Positions 39,101 through 51,584 of a stretch of 64,000 nt of DNA are shown one piece after another. The stretch is from Azolla caroliniana. Taxonomy: Eukaryota > Plantae > Polypodiophyta. A program made the translations under genes and the position numbers. The DNA is taken from the NCBI GenBank assembly GCA_043228905.1, contig JBHGNT010000013.1:7688001-7752000 (forward strand). The letters are read 5' to 3'. Below the pieces are notes generated by a model that worked only from the letters and a program-made list of their open reading frames with translations, was not told the DNA's origin and searched no databases. Within the stretch, counting starts at the first letter, position 1, and the number at the start of each line of letters is the position of its first letter.

Positions 39101-42012
39101 GTGCAATGCGAAATCGGGTCGCCGAGAGAGAGCATCCGCTTTCCCATGTTGAACATCGAGTCGAAACAAGATTTCGAAGTCATAGTCGGCAAGAAAAGAT
39201 GACCAGCGAGCTTGCCTCCGATTCAACGTACAAGTGGTGGTGAAGTAGATGAGATTCTTGTGGTCGGTCACCACCTGAATACGATGTTGCACCGTAGCCA
39301 GATAGGGTCGCCATTCAACGAAGGCCGAGATGATAGCTGCAAGCTCCTTGTTGTAGATCGGATAATTGATTTCCAAGGTTGTAAACTTCCGAAAGTAGAA
39401 GGCGACCGGATGTAGGATGCCGTCTTCATCGGGCTAGGACAAGACCGCACCTATGGCAAAGTCAGAGGCGTCGGTTGCAACCTGGAAAGGGCGGGTGGGG
39501 TCGGGGTGGACTAACAGGGGGGGGCAGAGAGAAAAGTTGCTTTGAGGGCATTAAAAGCATTGTGTGTTGTGGGGGTCCAAAGAAATGGAGTATCTTTCCG
39601 GGTAAGTTGGATGAGAGATTGGACTAGGGAAGAGAACCTGTCTATAAATTGTCTATAAAAATTTGCAAAACCAAGAAACGATTGTACCTCTTTTAGCCGA
39701 GTCGGAAGAGGCCAATCAGTGATTTCCGCGACCTTGCGTTCATCCATTGTGATCCCGGTAGGTGAGATCATGTAATCCAGGAATTCGACAGAGGTCTGAT
39801 CAAATCCACATTTCTCACTTTTGGCGAAGAGCCCATATTCTCGGAGTTTGGTGAGAACTAGCCGGACGTGGTGTGTGTGCTCCTCCAAGTTGGAAGAAAA
39901 AACTAGGATGTCGTCAAGGTAGATGACCATGAAATGATCGAGATACTCTCGAAAAATATCATTCATCATGTGCTGGAACACGGCCAGAGCATTGGTAAGG
40001 CCGAAAGGCATCACTTTGTACTCGAAATGTCCATAGCGCGTCCGAAAAGCCGTTTTCCACTTGTCCCTAGGCTTAATGCGCACCAAATTGTAGGCGCCCC
40101 GAAGGTCGATTTTGGAGAAGATATGCCCCATTTGGAGTCGATCGAGGAGCGTTGGAATTAAGGGCAGGGGTAATGATTACATACCGTAACTTTGTTGAGA
40201 CCCCGATAATCCACACATAAGCGTAAGGAGCCGTCCTTTTTTTTGACAAATAAGATTGGTGCCCTGACCGGTGATTTGGAGGGTTGAATGAAGCCTTTCG
40301 CAAGATTCTCAGCCAAATATGTGCGGAGAGCCTCAAGTTCGGGTTCGGATAACCCATAGATAGGACCGAATGGGGGATGCTCGCCAGGTTGGAGTTCGAT
40401 TGGGCAATCGTAGGGACAATGAGCTGGTAACCGATCAACATTCCACTTTTCGAAGATGTCGGAAAAGTCGCTATATCAGATGGGTATATTGGTGACAGGA
40501 ACGGTGAAATTTCCCGACACAACGGCTAGTGTAGCGACCAAACCGGACTCGATCGTAACAGAATCAAGAGAGTGTCGTGACTGAGCAGGAATTGGCGTTC
40601 TTGGAAAAGTGATGGAGCGGCTACACCAATCCACCGTCGGATTGTGTGTCTCCAACCAAGATAGCCCCAACACAATCGGATGTCGGGGAGTCACGATGAG
40701 GTAGAAAGTCAGTTCCTCCTGGTGTGCCCCGATTTGAACCTGGCCGTCGATCGCTTCAACGGATATGGGTTGTGATGTGCGGACGGTGGGGATATTATGT
40801 GCGCATACAAACGATTTATCGATAAAGCAAGTAGATGCTCCGGAGTCGAGCAAGGAATGAGAATGTATTGAAGTCGAACAAAAAAAAAGACTTACTTGCA
40901 AAGAAAACCCTCCTAATGACGGTACGAACTTGTAGGAGCATGGAGAAGGAGAGTAACGAGAAGCGTCCAACGGCATGGCTCCTACTGCAGCCAGACTTGG
41001 TCGTTTTCCTGTTGTCGAGGAACCTCCGCAAGATGTGCACAATGGAATTGGTGTCGAGGGCCTCGCACAAGACAGTGGTGGATGACATGGCCGGGGTTGC
41101 CACAATAGAGAGAAAGTCCACTGTCCCGACGATGTTGGCGTTGGGCTTCAGTTAGTGGTTGGAACCAAGCATGGTTGATCTCCATCGGGGTATGGGAATC
41201 GACCTCCATTGTGGTATGGGTTTCACTGACTGATGATAAGGTTGGCGTGGGTGACAAGTAGGGCCTGGTGATTGCTGCATTCCGAGAAGAAGCCTAAGAT
41301 CCGCGAGTCCCCCGTTCTTCTTGACGAAGTTCAAAAAGACAATTGTCACATTGGACAGCTTGGGAGATTACTTGAGATAGCGATGTGGTCTCCGGGAAGT
41401 TTAAGAGAAGAGTCTTGACATCATTTCGGAGACTGCGACGAAAATGGTCGCATAGGGCTTGGTCATCCCAAATAACATCGCAGGCAATCTGGGGAACTCT
41501 GAGGCGTAGACTGAGGCAGGACGTGAGCCTTGTTGGACAGAATAAAGCTTTGTGAGTGTCGTTCGTCGTCGATCTATCTCGCCAAATGTCGCTTCGAGCT
41601 CCTCAATGAAAGTGGTGAAGTCGTCCAAGAGAGGGAATGAGGTCTCGATCAAGGGTGCAAACCACGCTTGCGCTGGCCCAAAGAGAAGCGTGCCGACAAG
41701 CCCAACCCAAGAAAAGTCACTAGCATACCATTGGGGCTGTAATTGGATGATAAGCCGAATTTGGTTGATGAAGCCGCGAAGATACACCCTCGTGCTGTTG
41801 AATTTGTCGGGTAGGCTGATGGTTGGTTCGAGGACATATGGATGAGAAGAGGACGTGGTCGGGCTAGGTGTCAACGGTGGATTTCTTGAAGTGCCGGATT
41901 GCAACTCTCGTAATGATTCCCGAAGGATTTCATTCTCTAGTTGAAGTTGTTGCAAGGCTGCCATGATTTGGTCTAGGTTGTCGATGGAGTCGGACATGGT
42001 AGCAAGAAAAGG

Positions 42013-42023
42013 AAGGTGAACAA
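42013..42023 (-). promoter_or_regulatory. Self-priming PBS of chromovirus 1
   Basis: Minus TTGTTCACCTT is complementary to LTR 42124-42134 (minus AAGGTGAACAA), which starts about 27 nt after TATAAA at 42161-42166. Confidence 0.8.
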
Positions 42024-43184
42024 ACTGTCATGGACAAGTATAATAGAGTAGAACAAAGATAAGACTAGAGAATAAGAGAGAGTAAAAGAACAAGAACTCA
42101 ACTTATAGAACCCGTAACTTGTGTTGTTCACCTTGATTAGAATGAAGGTGCACATGAGCATTTATACAAGAAGGTAGGGCTATGTAACTAGGAACTTCCA
42201 ATGTTCAATCTACACTATATGAAGTTGAATTAAATACAAGGATGCATATGTAGCTCAAGTGGTAGGGTTGCCCAATAGAGACCATGAGATCTTGGGTTCA
42301 ATCCCTACCTTCTTTCGTGGCATATGTCTATGACACATCAAACCACATGACATCTCACGAGGATTGGTTCAAGGAGCTACAAAAGCCTGAATGACCTGAC
42401 TATGTGGAAACTGGGCATGATACAATTCACCCCATTCAACATATCGGCAATGTCCCATTTGGGGAAGAAGGCAACCAAACATACATCAAGAACGTTCTGC
42501 ATGTTCCTACAATAACAAAGAACTTGGTCTCAGTTGGCCATATAGTTGAACAAGGCATGCAAGTCCGCTTCAATGATGTAGGTTCTTCATTGAAAAAGAA
42601 GGCCGACTTATCGTTCGTGATTGGAAAGGTCAGATGTTCATCCTCGACTCTCACGAGATGAATTCGGCAATGTATGCCAAGGGCCAAAGAGCCGACACTG
42701 ACATAGAGCTGTGGCACAAGAGGATAGGCCACATTAATCTCCAAAAGCTCAAGGGAATGCAATCGAAAGGAGTTGTCACCAAACTCCCGACCTTCACAGA
42801 AAAGGGAATTGCAAGCATGTGCGAAGCTTGTCAATTTGGCAAACAACACCTACAACCATTCCCAAAGGAGAGGAACACAAGCAAAGGGATCCTGGATGTA
42901 ATACATTCAAATGTATGGGGACCAACCAAGACAGAAACATTCGGTGGTTGCTAGTACCTCGTAACGTTCATCGACGACTTCTCCAAACATACCTGGATCT
43001 ACCCCATGTGGGAGAAGAGAGAAGTGTTCGGACACTTCCAAAGGTTCAAAAACGAAGTCGAAAAGGCAACCGGTAGGCCTGTCCGATGCCTTCGATCAGA
43101 CGGCGGCAAGGAGTGTTAGGGATAGTACGGAGACAGAGAGGAGATTAGTACTAAGAGGAAAAGAGGGGAAAAGAGGGTGTAGAA

Positions 43185-43237
<53 letters not shown>

Positions 43238-46200
43238 GACAAAAGATATATTATGTAGAAAAAATATACAAGGATAGTTAGGAGGCTTAAGGCTGGTGTT
43301 GAACCGATTTGGTTCGAAATAATGCCTTGTGCCTCCTTATATAGTGTTTTTAGGAGTACTCCTGAAGTTTCTAGAATGTTCCAGAGAAATCTGGAATATA
43401 CATCAAATTTCTATGGTGAAATAATAAATGAAAAAAAAATAAATCTTTTGTATTACAATGTATAGTCTAATGGTAAGGGCTCGACCCATTTAACATAAGG
43501 TCATGGGTTCAAATCTTTCCATATCGTGACACTATCCCCCGCTCTAAAAACAACGAGTGTTACGAGTCGTTTTGGATTAGGGATCCGGTTTGTTTGGATA
43601 TTGACGATGGAAGTTTTCAAGAAGAGCATGAGCATTGGTCACATTCTCTATTGGTTCCCAAGTACGCTTGCTGGGACTATATCCTAGCCAATTGACTAAA
43701 TAGTAGAGCTTGTTGCGAACAATCTTGGAATCGAGGATGGCAGAAACCTCATACTCAGGTCCATCTTCAAGTTCGATGGGGGGATGGAGGTTGTTTGATA
43801 CGACCTGGGATAGTGCTGTCCTGATAGGGTTCTAGAAGAGAACTATGAAATACCAGATGTATTTGTAGTTGCAGCAGTAGATCGAGACGAAAAGCGACAT
43901 CATCAATACGGAAAGGGCCTAATCGCTGATAATCCAATTTATCACATGGGCGAGTAGTCTTGATGTGTCATCGTAATAGCGATACCTGATCTCCAATGTT
44001 AAAAGTGAATGGAAGCCGATGACGATCCGCATAATCCTTGTGGGTTTGTTGAGCTTGTTCTAAATGAGTAGATAAATCCTCTTGTATCTTGCATAGCGGC
44101 TCCAAACGATCCTCTGCACAAGGATTTGTGGGTAACTCCGGAGTTTTGAATACACACCACCGGGGATGGTAGCCTGTATAAGCATAAAATGGTGTAACAT
44201 TAATCGATGAGTGGATAGAATTATTATATGCAAATTCGGTGAAGTGGAGAATATCCTCCCAATCATCTTGGTGATAGCTTAGGAAACACCGAAGATACTG
44301 TTCCAATGTTTGATTTGTTTGTTCTACGTGTCCGTCTGTTTGCGGGTGGTAACCGGAGGAGAGGTTACAAGTGACCTTGAGCTTTTTGAAGTGCTGCTTC
44401 CAGAATTTTGAGACGAACTGAGGTCCAGGGTCGCTGATGATACTATTGGGGGGACCATAATGCGAACATACCCCATGCATGACAGTTTCAGCGGTTTCTT
44501 CACTAGTGATTTCCTTAGTACATGGCAGGAAATGGGCCATCTTCGTATATTGATCTACTACTGTTAAGATCACATCGAATCCCTTAGAAACTGGAAGATC
44601 TGTAATGAAATCTAGAGCAATGGATTGCCATCGCTTGCTTGGAATTGGTAATGGTTCCAATAAACCATATGGATGATGCCTTGGCATCTTTGCTCTATAA
44701 CATGTATCACATATCCGAACATAATTTTCGACAAATTGGCTCATATGGGGCCACCAAAATGATCGTTGTACTAAATCTAATGTTTTAGTACTACCAAAAT
44801 GCCCAGTTGTATATGTGTCATGACAATTTTGAACTACTAGAAGGCGACAAGAACCATTAGGAACATACAAGAGCCGCTTAAAGAATAGTTATCCATCATG
44901 ACATTCGAATTGTCGATAATCCAAACCTGGTTGTTATGACTGTGAACAAGATGCCCGAGAGGGGTCAATTTGTGCTAGAATGGCTTGAGCGAAAGCATCT
45001 GTCTTCAAGTCCTCACGTATGGTATCAAAAATGTGGGAATCCAATGGCATATCGAAAACCCGCGTTGCTTGCAGTCGTGCAGGTCCTAGGATTACTTGCT
45101 TTTGGTTATCGAATGCTGGCTCACCGGGACGTGGTGCTAGATATGAGCCTCGTGATAATGCATCTGCCTTCCCTTGCTGCTTTCCAGGACGATATGTAAT
45201 TTTGAAGTCGAAACGAGTGAGGAATTGGGCCCACTGAGCTTGACGTCGATTTAATACACGAGCATTCTGAAAGTAGGCAAGATTTTTGTGATCACTGACT
45301 TGATGAGAAGATCGCTCTAGAAAATGCCTTCATTGGGTAAAAGAGTCAACTATTGCCAATAACTCTTTATCATGAATTTCATAGTTGATTTCGGCGGTGT
45401 TAAACTTGCGTGAGTGGAAAGCCACAAGATGTGGATTTTCATCATCAGCTTGGTGTGAAAGAATGCTACCCAAAGCGAAATTCGACGCGTCTGCCTCAAT
45501 GATGAATGGTTTTGCCGGATTAACATGAGTTAGAATAGGAGCTGATGTAAATGCATTCTTAAGACTCTCAAAAGCCATGTCCACTTCTTTAGACCAAACA
45601 AACGACTCCCCCTTCTTGGTAAGTTGTGTGAGAGAAAGAATAAGCTTTGAGTAATCCTATATAAACTTGCGGTAAAAATTCGCAAAGTCAAAAAAGCATT
45701 GGACATCTCGCAATGAACATGGAGTCTGCCATTCTACCACTATTTTGACCTTAGCTAGATCCATAGAGACGCCTTCCGAGGAGATGGCATAGCCCAGAAA
45801 TTCCACCTGGTTGCACTTGAAGCTACAGTTTTCTAGTTTTGCATAAAGACCATGTTGTCGAAGCCATTTTAGTACTAACAGTACATGAGAATCATGCTCT
45901 TCTTGGGTCTTCGAATAAACCAGTAGATCATCCAAATATACGATCAAACAAATATCCAAGAGATCTCGGAATATATCATTTGACATGTGTTGGAAGACTG
46001 TTGGTACATTAGTGAGACCGAATGGCATGACTATATACTCGAAGTGCCCATATTTGGTGTGGAACGCGGTCTTCCATTCATATCCCAGTCGGATCCGTAC
46101 GAGGTTATATGCTCCTTGTAAGTTGATCTTTGTGAAGAACCTTGTACCATTGATCCATTCTAAAAGACTTGAGATAAGGGTAAGTGCATACCTATTCCTG

Positions 46201-48305
46201 ATGGTGACCTTATTCAAGTTGTGGTAGTCTACGACGAGACGAAGTGATCCATCCTTTTTCTTGACGAAGAAAATGGGTGCGCCGGTTGGAGATTTAGAAT
46301 GTCGAATGAAACCGTTTGCCAAATTCTCCTCTATATAAACTCGAAGGACTTCTAGCTTGGTTGGTGACCAATTGTAGATTGGTCCCCATGGTGGCTCTTT
46401 TCCTGGTTGTAAATCAATGGGGCAATCATACGTTCGGTGGTGAGGAAGCGTATTTCCTTGTACCTTATCGAACACATCGGCATACTGATGATACTTCTTT
46501 GGAAGTTGAACTCTAGATTCCTCTTTAGTAGTGTTGGAAGGTTTTACTAATACCGCGACGACAAACATTGCTTCCTTGCGTCCTTCCTCACGCAATTGTT
46601 GTAGCGAAATGGTTGCAATCTTATGAGTAGATCCTCAAATTTGTTGATATCGGATTTATCTTGTTCTCCAATCTATGTTTGGGTTATGTAATTCGAACCA
46701 CGGTAACACCAAGAAAATTGGATGATCTGGACTATTAATTATATTAAATGATACTACACACACCAAGTTATCTAGGACAACTTGAATCGGCTCTGACTCC
46801 TCTATGATTTTTTCGGAAGCAATGGGATGACCATCAATAATTACTATAGATGCTGGGCAAGAAAGTTTCTTAGGGATATTTGATGAGCTTGGGCAAAATT
46901 CCTATCCCTGAAACAAGAGTTGGTTCTGGAATCTAAGAGTGCTAAGACATGTACTGGAGGAGTACTTTTAGTACTAACCATTACTTGAGCTAAGAACATA
47001 TTGCTAACTTGCTTAGAGGAAATGGAACCACTAATGGGTTGCACAGATCTAGGGTTGTCCAACCAAATGGCTCCTATTTTGGTTGAACTTAATCATTTAA
47101 CTCTTCTTCTAGTTGACTAAGGATTTCAAATTTGTTTGAAAGGCTTGGGCTATTAGGACTATCAGACACACCTAGAGAAATAGACTCAGGTTTAGTACTA
47201 TTAGTACTAGCGATTATTTGATTTACCTACCTTCTTGGACGATGGGGAAAATTCACTGCAATATGTCCCGATCCACCGCAATAAAGACATAATCGATTTG
47301 CCCGACGTCACTGTGTTTCTTCTTCCATTATTGGTCCGCAACGATGTGTCGTGTCGATTTCCATTGGAGTCGGAGTATTTGTTAGAGACGTATTAAATGA
47401 ATCCCTTGGGAAAAGCTTTGCTACAATTGAAGCGTAGGTGGGCTCCGATCTTGCACTCGGCATTTGAAACTTACGTTCCGACCGTTGTTCGAAGAGGCGG
47501 TTATCGCATCGTACTGTGCGCTGTCAATGACTTTGGTTCTTGGGGGAAGGTCAAGAGTAAATCCTTGACATCGTTACATAGGCCATAACAAAATTTCTCC
47601 ATTAATGCTTGGTCATCCCAGGGGATATCAGAGGCGAGTAGACGGAAATTTGTAGCGTATGCAGAGGCTGGACGGTCACCTTGACGTAATTGTCGGATTT
47701 TGTTGATTGCTTTCTTGATGCTATCAGTATCTCCAAAACAGGCTTTAAACTCAATTATAAACTCTTCAAAATTGTTTGGTAATGGAGATTCATTTTCTAA
47801 CAATAGAGCGAACCATGCCAAAGTTGAGCCACTTAACAACGTGCCTACTAGACCCACTTGTGATGCATTGGTGGGATATTGGGAAGGATGCATTTAAATG
47901 ACTAATCATACCTGATTAAGGAATCCTCTAACTAAACTATGATCACGTTCCATCGAATTTCATAGGAAGGCCGATCTTGGGTTCTTTATGAATCCCTTGC
48001 ATACTTGGTCCTTGTTGTTGCAACGCTACAATGGTCGCTTCGAGCTGTTGCACGCATAACGCTAGTTCCCCATGTTGTTGTTGCGTCTGCTGTTTTTCTA
48101 AGGAGATTTGTTGAAGATCTCCCAACAGTTGTTGATTTTCTTGTGCCAATGTGAGAAACTTCTCTTTCAAGCATTGCAACTCCGAGAAAATGGATTGATA
48201 TTCTTAAACGCTAACAATGGCCATAGTATGAGAGAAAAGAGGAATAAGAGATTAGTATCAAGGGAGGGAGAAGTAAGAAGATAAAAGGAAGAGGAGGAAG
48301 GAGAA

Positions 48306-48317
48306 AAATCGGTTCAA
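48306..48317 (-). promoter_or_regulatory. Self-priming PBS of chromovirus 2
   Basis: Minus TTGAACCGATTT is complementary to LTR 48491-48502, about 31 nt after TATATAA at 48533-48539. Confidence 0.8.
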
Positions 48318-48380
48318 ACTGTCAGGAATAGTACCGAGACAGAGAGGCGATTAGTACTAAGAGGAAAAGAGGGTGTAGAA

Positions 48381-48425
<45 letters not shown>

Positions 48426-48658
48426 TGATGACAAAAGATATATTATGTAGAAAGAATATACAAGGATAGTTAGGAGTCTTAAGACTGGCGTTGAACCGAT
48501 TTGGTTGGTTTGAAATAATGCCTTGTGCCTCCTTATATAGGATTTTCAGGAGTACTTCTGAAGTTTCTAGAGTGTTCCTACTAGACCAATCTGGAATATA
48601 CATCAATTATCTATAGTGAAATAATAAATGAAAATAATATCTTTTGTATTACAATGTA

Positions 48659-48711
48659 TAGTCTAATGGTAAGGGTGAGACCCATGTAACATAAGGTCAT
48701 GGGTTCGAATC
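48659..48711 (+). promoter_or_regulatory. tRNA-like Pol III A box/B box in the chromovirus 2 LTR (second copy 43463-43516)
   Basis: TAGTCTAATGG(TAAG) ... GGTTCGAATC at tRNA-like spacing. Confidence 0.72.
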
Positions 48712-49468
48712 TTGCCATATTATGACAAGGAGTACTTCTCCAATGCTTTTACAACATATCTTCGAGAAGGATTCGAGAAGAAGGAATCCGGCGGGAGTTT
48801 ACCTACCGACACAGACCTCAGCAGAACGGAGTAGCTGAATGCAAGAATTGGCACATACTCGAGGTGGCAAGGGCAATGATGAATGAGAAACATCTGCCAA
48901 AGTCATATTGGGCTAAAGCGGCGAATACGACCATTTATTTGATGAATCATTGCACAACGTTAGGAGTGCACGAACTTTACACCCTGTGAAAAGTTCTATG
49001 GGAAGAAGCCAGATCTATTTCATGTTAGGATGTTCGGTTCAATTGCATATGTACATATTCCCGACGACCTGTGACAGGAGCTTGATCTCAAGTCAGAGAA
49101 ATGTATACTCGTAGGGTACTCACTCGAGCAAAAAGGGTATAAGTGCTTCAACCCTTCCACCAAAAAGCTATGAGTGAGTAGGGATGTAGTATTCGATGAA
49201 TCAACATCCTAGTATACAGTTGAATCAGCCCCGTTCAACACTGATGCGGAGGAGGATGATTGACCGAGGTTCACATAAGAGGAAAGTCCAATCTCAACCA
49301 AGTTGAGTGGACCACAAGAGCCTCCAAGTGCCAAAGCACATCGTGGCTGAGTTCGAAACAGGACAAAGGAAAGGCCAAAATGCCTGAGTACAAAGACTCA
49401 GTTGGAAATGAATCGACTCACTAATCCGATAGTGAGTTTGGCAGCTTAGATGTTCCTATCATGAGGAC

Positions 49469-51584
49469 TGTGAAATGCTACATGCAGAAGCTATACGAAA
49501 CAAAGAATACTGACAGAGAAAAAGCAGGTTTAATGGAGAGCTTAAGACACAATGTACGCGGGAGAGACGGAGAGGGAAAAACACACAGAAAAACTGAATT
49601 CAAAATAATGTGTAAACTCTGTACGTAGGATGTGCTCAGAGAGCACTTTTATACAAGTCCATACAGACTGACAAAAGTACTGACACGTACTTCAACGCTC
49701 ATAACTGAGCTCCTACAATAACTCCCAAATATATTCCCTCGCGGAATATCTGTTCAACGGCCTCCCGGTTTCCACACCGATTCGGCCTCTTGTTGCACAC
49801 CGGTTTGCACACCAGTTTACGCACCGATCCGGTTCTCGACTTGCACAGCCGATCCGGCCAATGTTGAGCTTGTATCTCAACACTCCCCCTCAAGCTCAAC
49901 TTGAGGCTCTTCCAGTCCTTCGCTTCGGTTTCTCTTGGCTTCACGCCTCGCTCGCGCTCCACGACCTGTTCGATTCCATGCGCCTCGACCCTTACAGTCG
50001 GCTAGTCTACTCGTGCGGCCTTTTCCAGCTCCCTTGCTGTCACGGTGTTGGCACCTCTTCTGCTGCCCTTTATTCCGCTTGGCCTTCAGTTGATTCGGCG
50101 TCTCCGAATCAAACATCCGAACCGAATTGACTGCCTCCGATTCGTCTCTGCTTCTGTTCGAATTGGCTATCTCCAATTCATCCTCAATTTTGGCCTTCTC
50201 GCCCTTGTTGGCGTCATCTCCCCCATGTTTGGCTGGCTCCAACTCTTTCTTTCAGCTGTTGCCCTCTCGTCCGCTTCTGGACTCTTCCGTGGATCCGCCT
50301 TCGGCTTCTTCGGCCAACACTAAATCGAATTCGTCATCCGATTTGATGTCGCAAACACATCCGCTCCTTCCTTGCTCCTTTCCTTCTTCTTGCGAGACTT
50401 TTCTCCCCCTCAAGTTCAGCACATCGAGGTGCCGCAACCTAAGTGCACCCAGAATTGCCGCAACTTGTTCAGACCAAGGGGCTTGGTGAAAATGTCGGCG
50501 TTCTGCTGATCCGTCGAAACATATTGAAGCTCAACTTCACGAGAGAGGACACACTCACAAACAAAATGCTAGTGCACCTCAATGTGCTTAGTCCAGGCAT
50601 GGAAGACAGGGTACTTCGCAAGTTGGATGTTGCTGAGGTTGTCGCAGTAGATCGTCCTCGGATAGAACACCTCCACATGTAGGTCCTAACGTAGCTACTT
50701 CAGCCAAATGGCTTCGCATGTTGCGACATCCACTCCTCGATACTCAACCTCTGTGCTTGACAATGCAATTGTCGGCTGCTTCTTGCTACTCCACGCGATC
50801 ATGGTGCTCCAAGGGAAAACACGAACCCGGATGTGGTTCGGCGATCGCCAACGTTTCTGGCCCAGTCGGCATCTTAGTGCGCGACAGTACCAGTCCGATA
50901 TAGTAGCCCCCGGTCCTTAGTGCAACTAATGTACTTGAGTATGCATTGTGCGCACTGAAGGTGCTCCTCCGTTGGCCGCGCCATGTACTGACTAATCAAG
51001 CCAAGCGGGTAACTGAGGTACGACCGGGTGATAGTCAAGTATATGAGGCTTCCGAATTTCAGTCAGAACCTTTTCGGGTCGCAGACCTTTCCGGAGTTGG
51101 GGCGAAGCTTCATGGTTTTGTCCAGAGGAGTTGAGACGGACTTACAGTCAGCCATCTCGAACTTGAGGAGCATACTTAGCATGTAATGTCGTTGGCTGAT
51201 CAGTATGCCTTCGGGGGTCCGGATCACTTCGATCCCGAGAAAGTAATGAAGGTCCCCCAGGTCCTTCATATCAAATGATGCCGCAAGCTGGAGCTTTACG
51301 TGGTCAATATCACCTAGGTCGACGCCGGCGATGACCAAGTCCTCAACATAAAGTAAAATACTAACCGGCCCAAGTCGACCTTGCCGGACAAACAATGAAG
51401 AGTCTGATTTGGACGTTGCAAATCCCATCCGACGCAATCGTTGCGTGATCTTCGTGTTCTAGGCACACGGGGCTTGCTTTAGTCCGTAAAGGGACTTCTT
51501 CAACCAACATACCCCCGAAGTGTTATTTTTGGACTGAAATCCGGGGGGTTGTACCATTTACACTTGTTCCTCAAGCTCGCCTCG
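49469..51584 (-). mobile_element. Ty1/Copia 3' part (RT, RNase H, extension, PPT 49883-49890, 3' LTR 49469-49882), same family as 1-4229
   Basis: LYGLKQA, LLYVEDL, MKDLGDLHYFLGIEV; RNase H ~50450-50900; LTR similar to 3817-4229. Confidence 0.92.

Larger units (their letters stand above)
20249..42335 (-). mobile_element. Chromovirus 1 (Tcn1-like Ty3/Gypsy); 5' LTR 42026-42335, 3' LTR 20249-20647
   Basis: TG..CA LTR pair; TSD CATCG/CATCA; gag 41401-41997, LLDSGA, YLDD RT 39511-40131, RNase H, integrase 38051-38800, chromodomain [17 protein letters not shown] 20640-20822; PPT ~20651-20660. Confidence 0.95.
43114..48727 (-). mobile_element. Chromovirus 2 (Tcn1-like), full length but decayed; 5' LTR 48320-48727, 3' LTR 43114-43531
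   Basis: Perfect TSD AGGAG; gag 47501-48179, LLDS protease, YLDD RT 45657-46595, RNase H, integrase 43968-44870, chromodomain YLVNWLGYSPSKRTWEP ~43650-43705; (AG)n tract in the LTRs. Confidence 0.96.
18475..49468 (+). mobile_element. Ty1/Copia host element (5' LTR 18475-18829, PBS 18830-18840) split by two chromoviruses and truncated by another Copia
   Basis: TGGTATCAAAG PBS; gag ~19640-19830; protease motif WFVNSDAS|NHMT joins across 20248/42341; integrase RSDGGKE|YFS joins across 43113/48733; integrase C-terminal part to ~49200. Confidence 0.88.
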
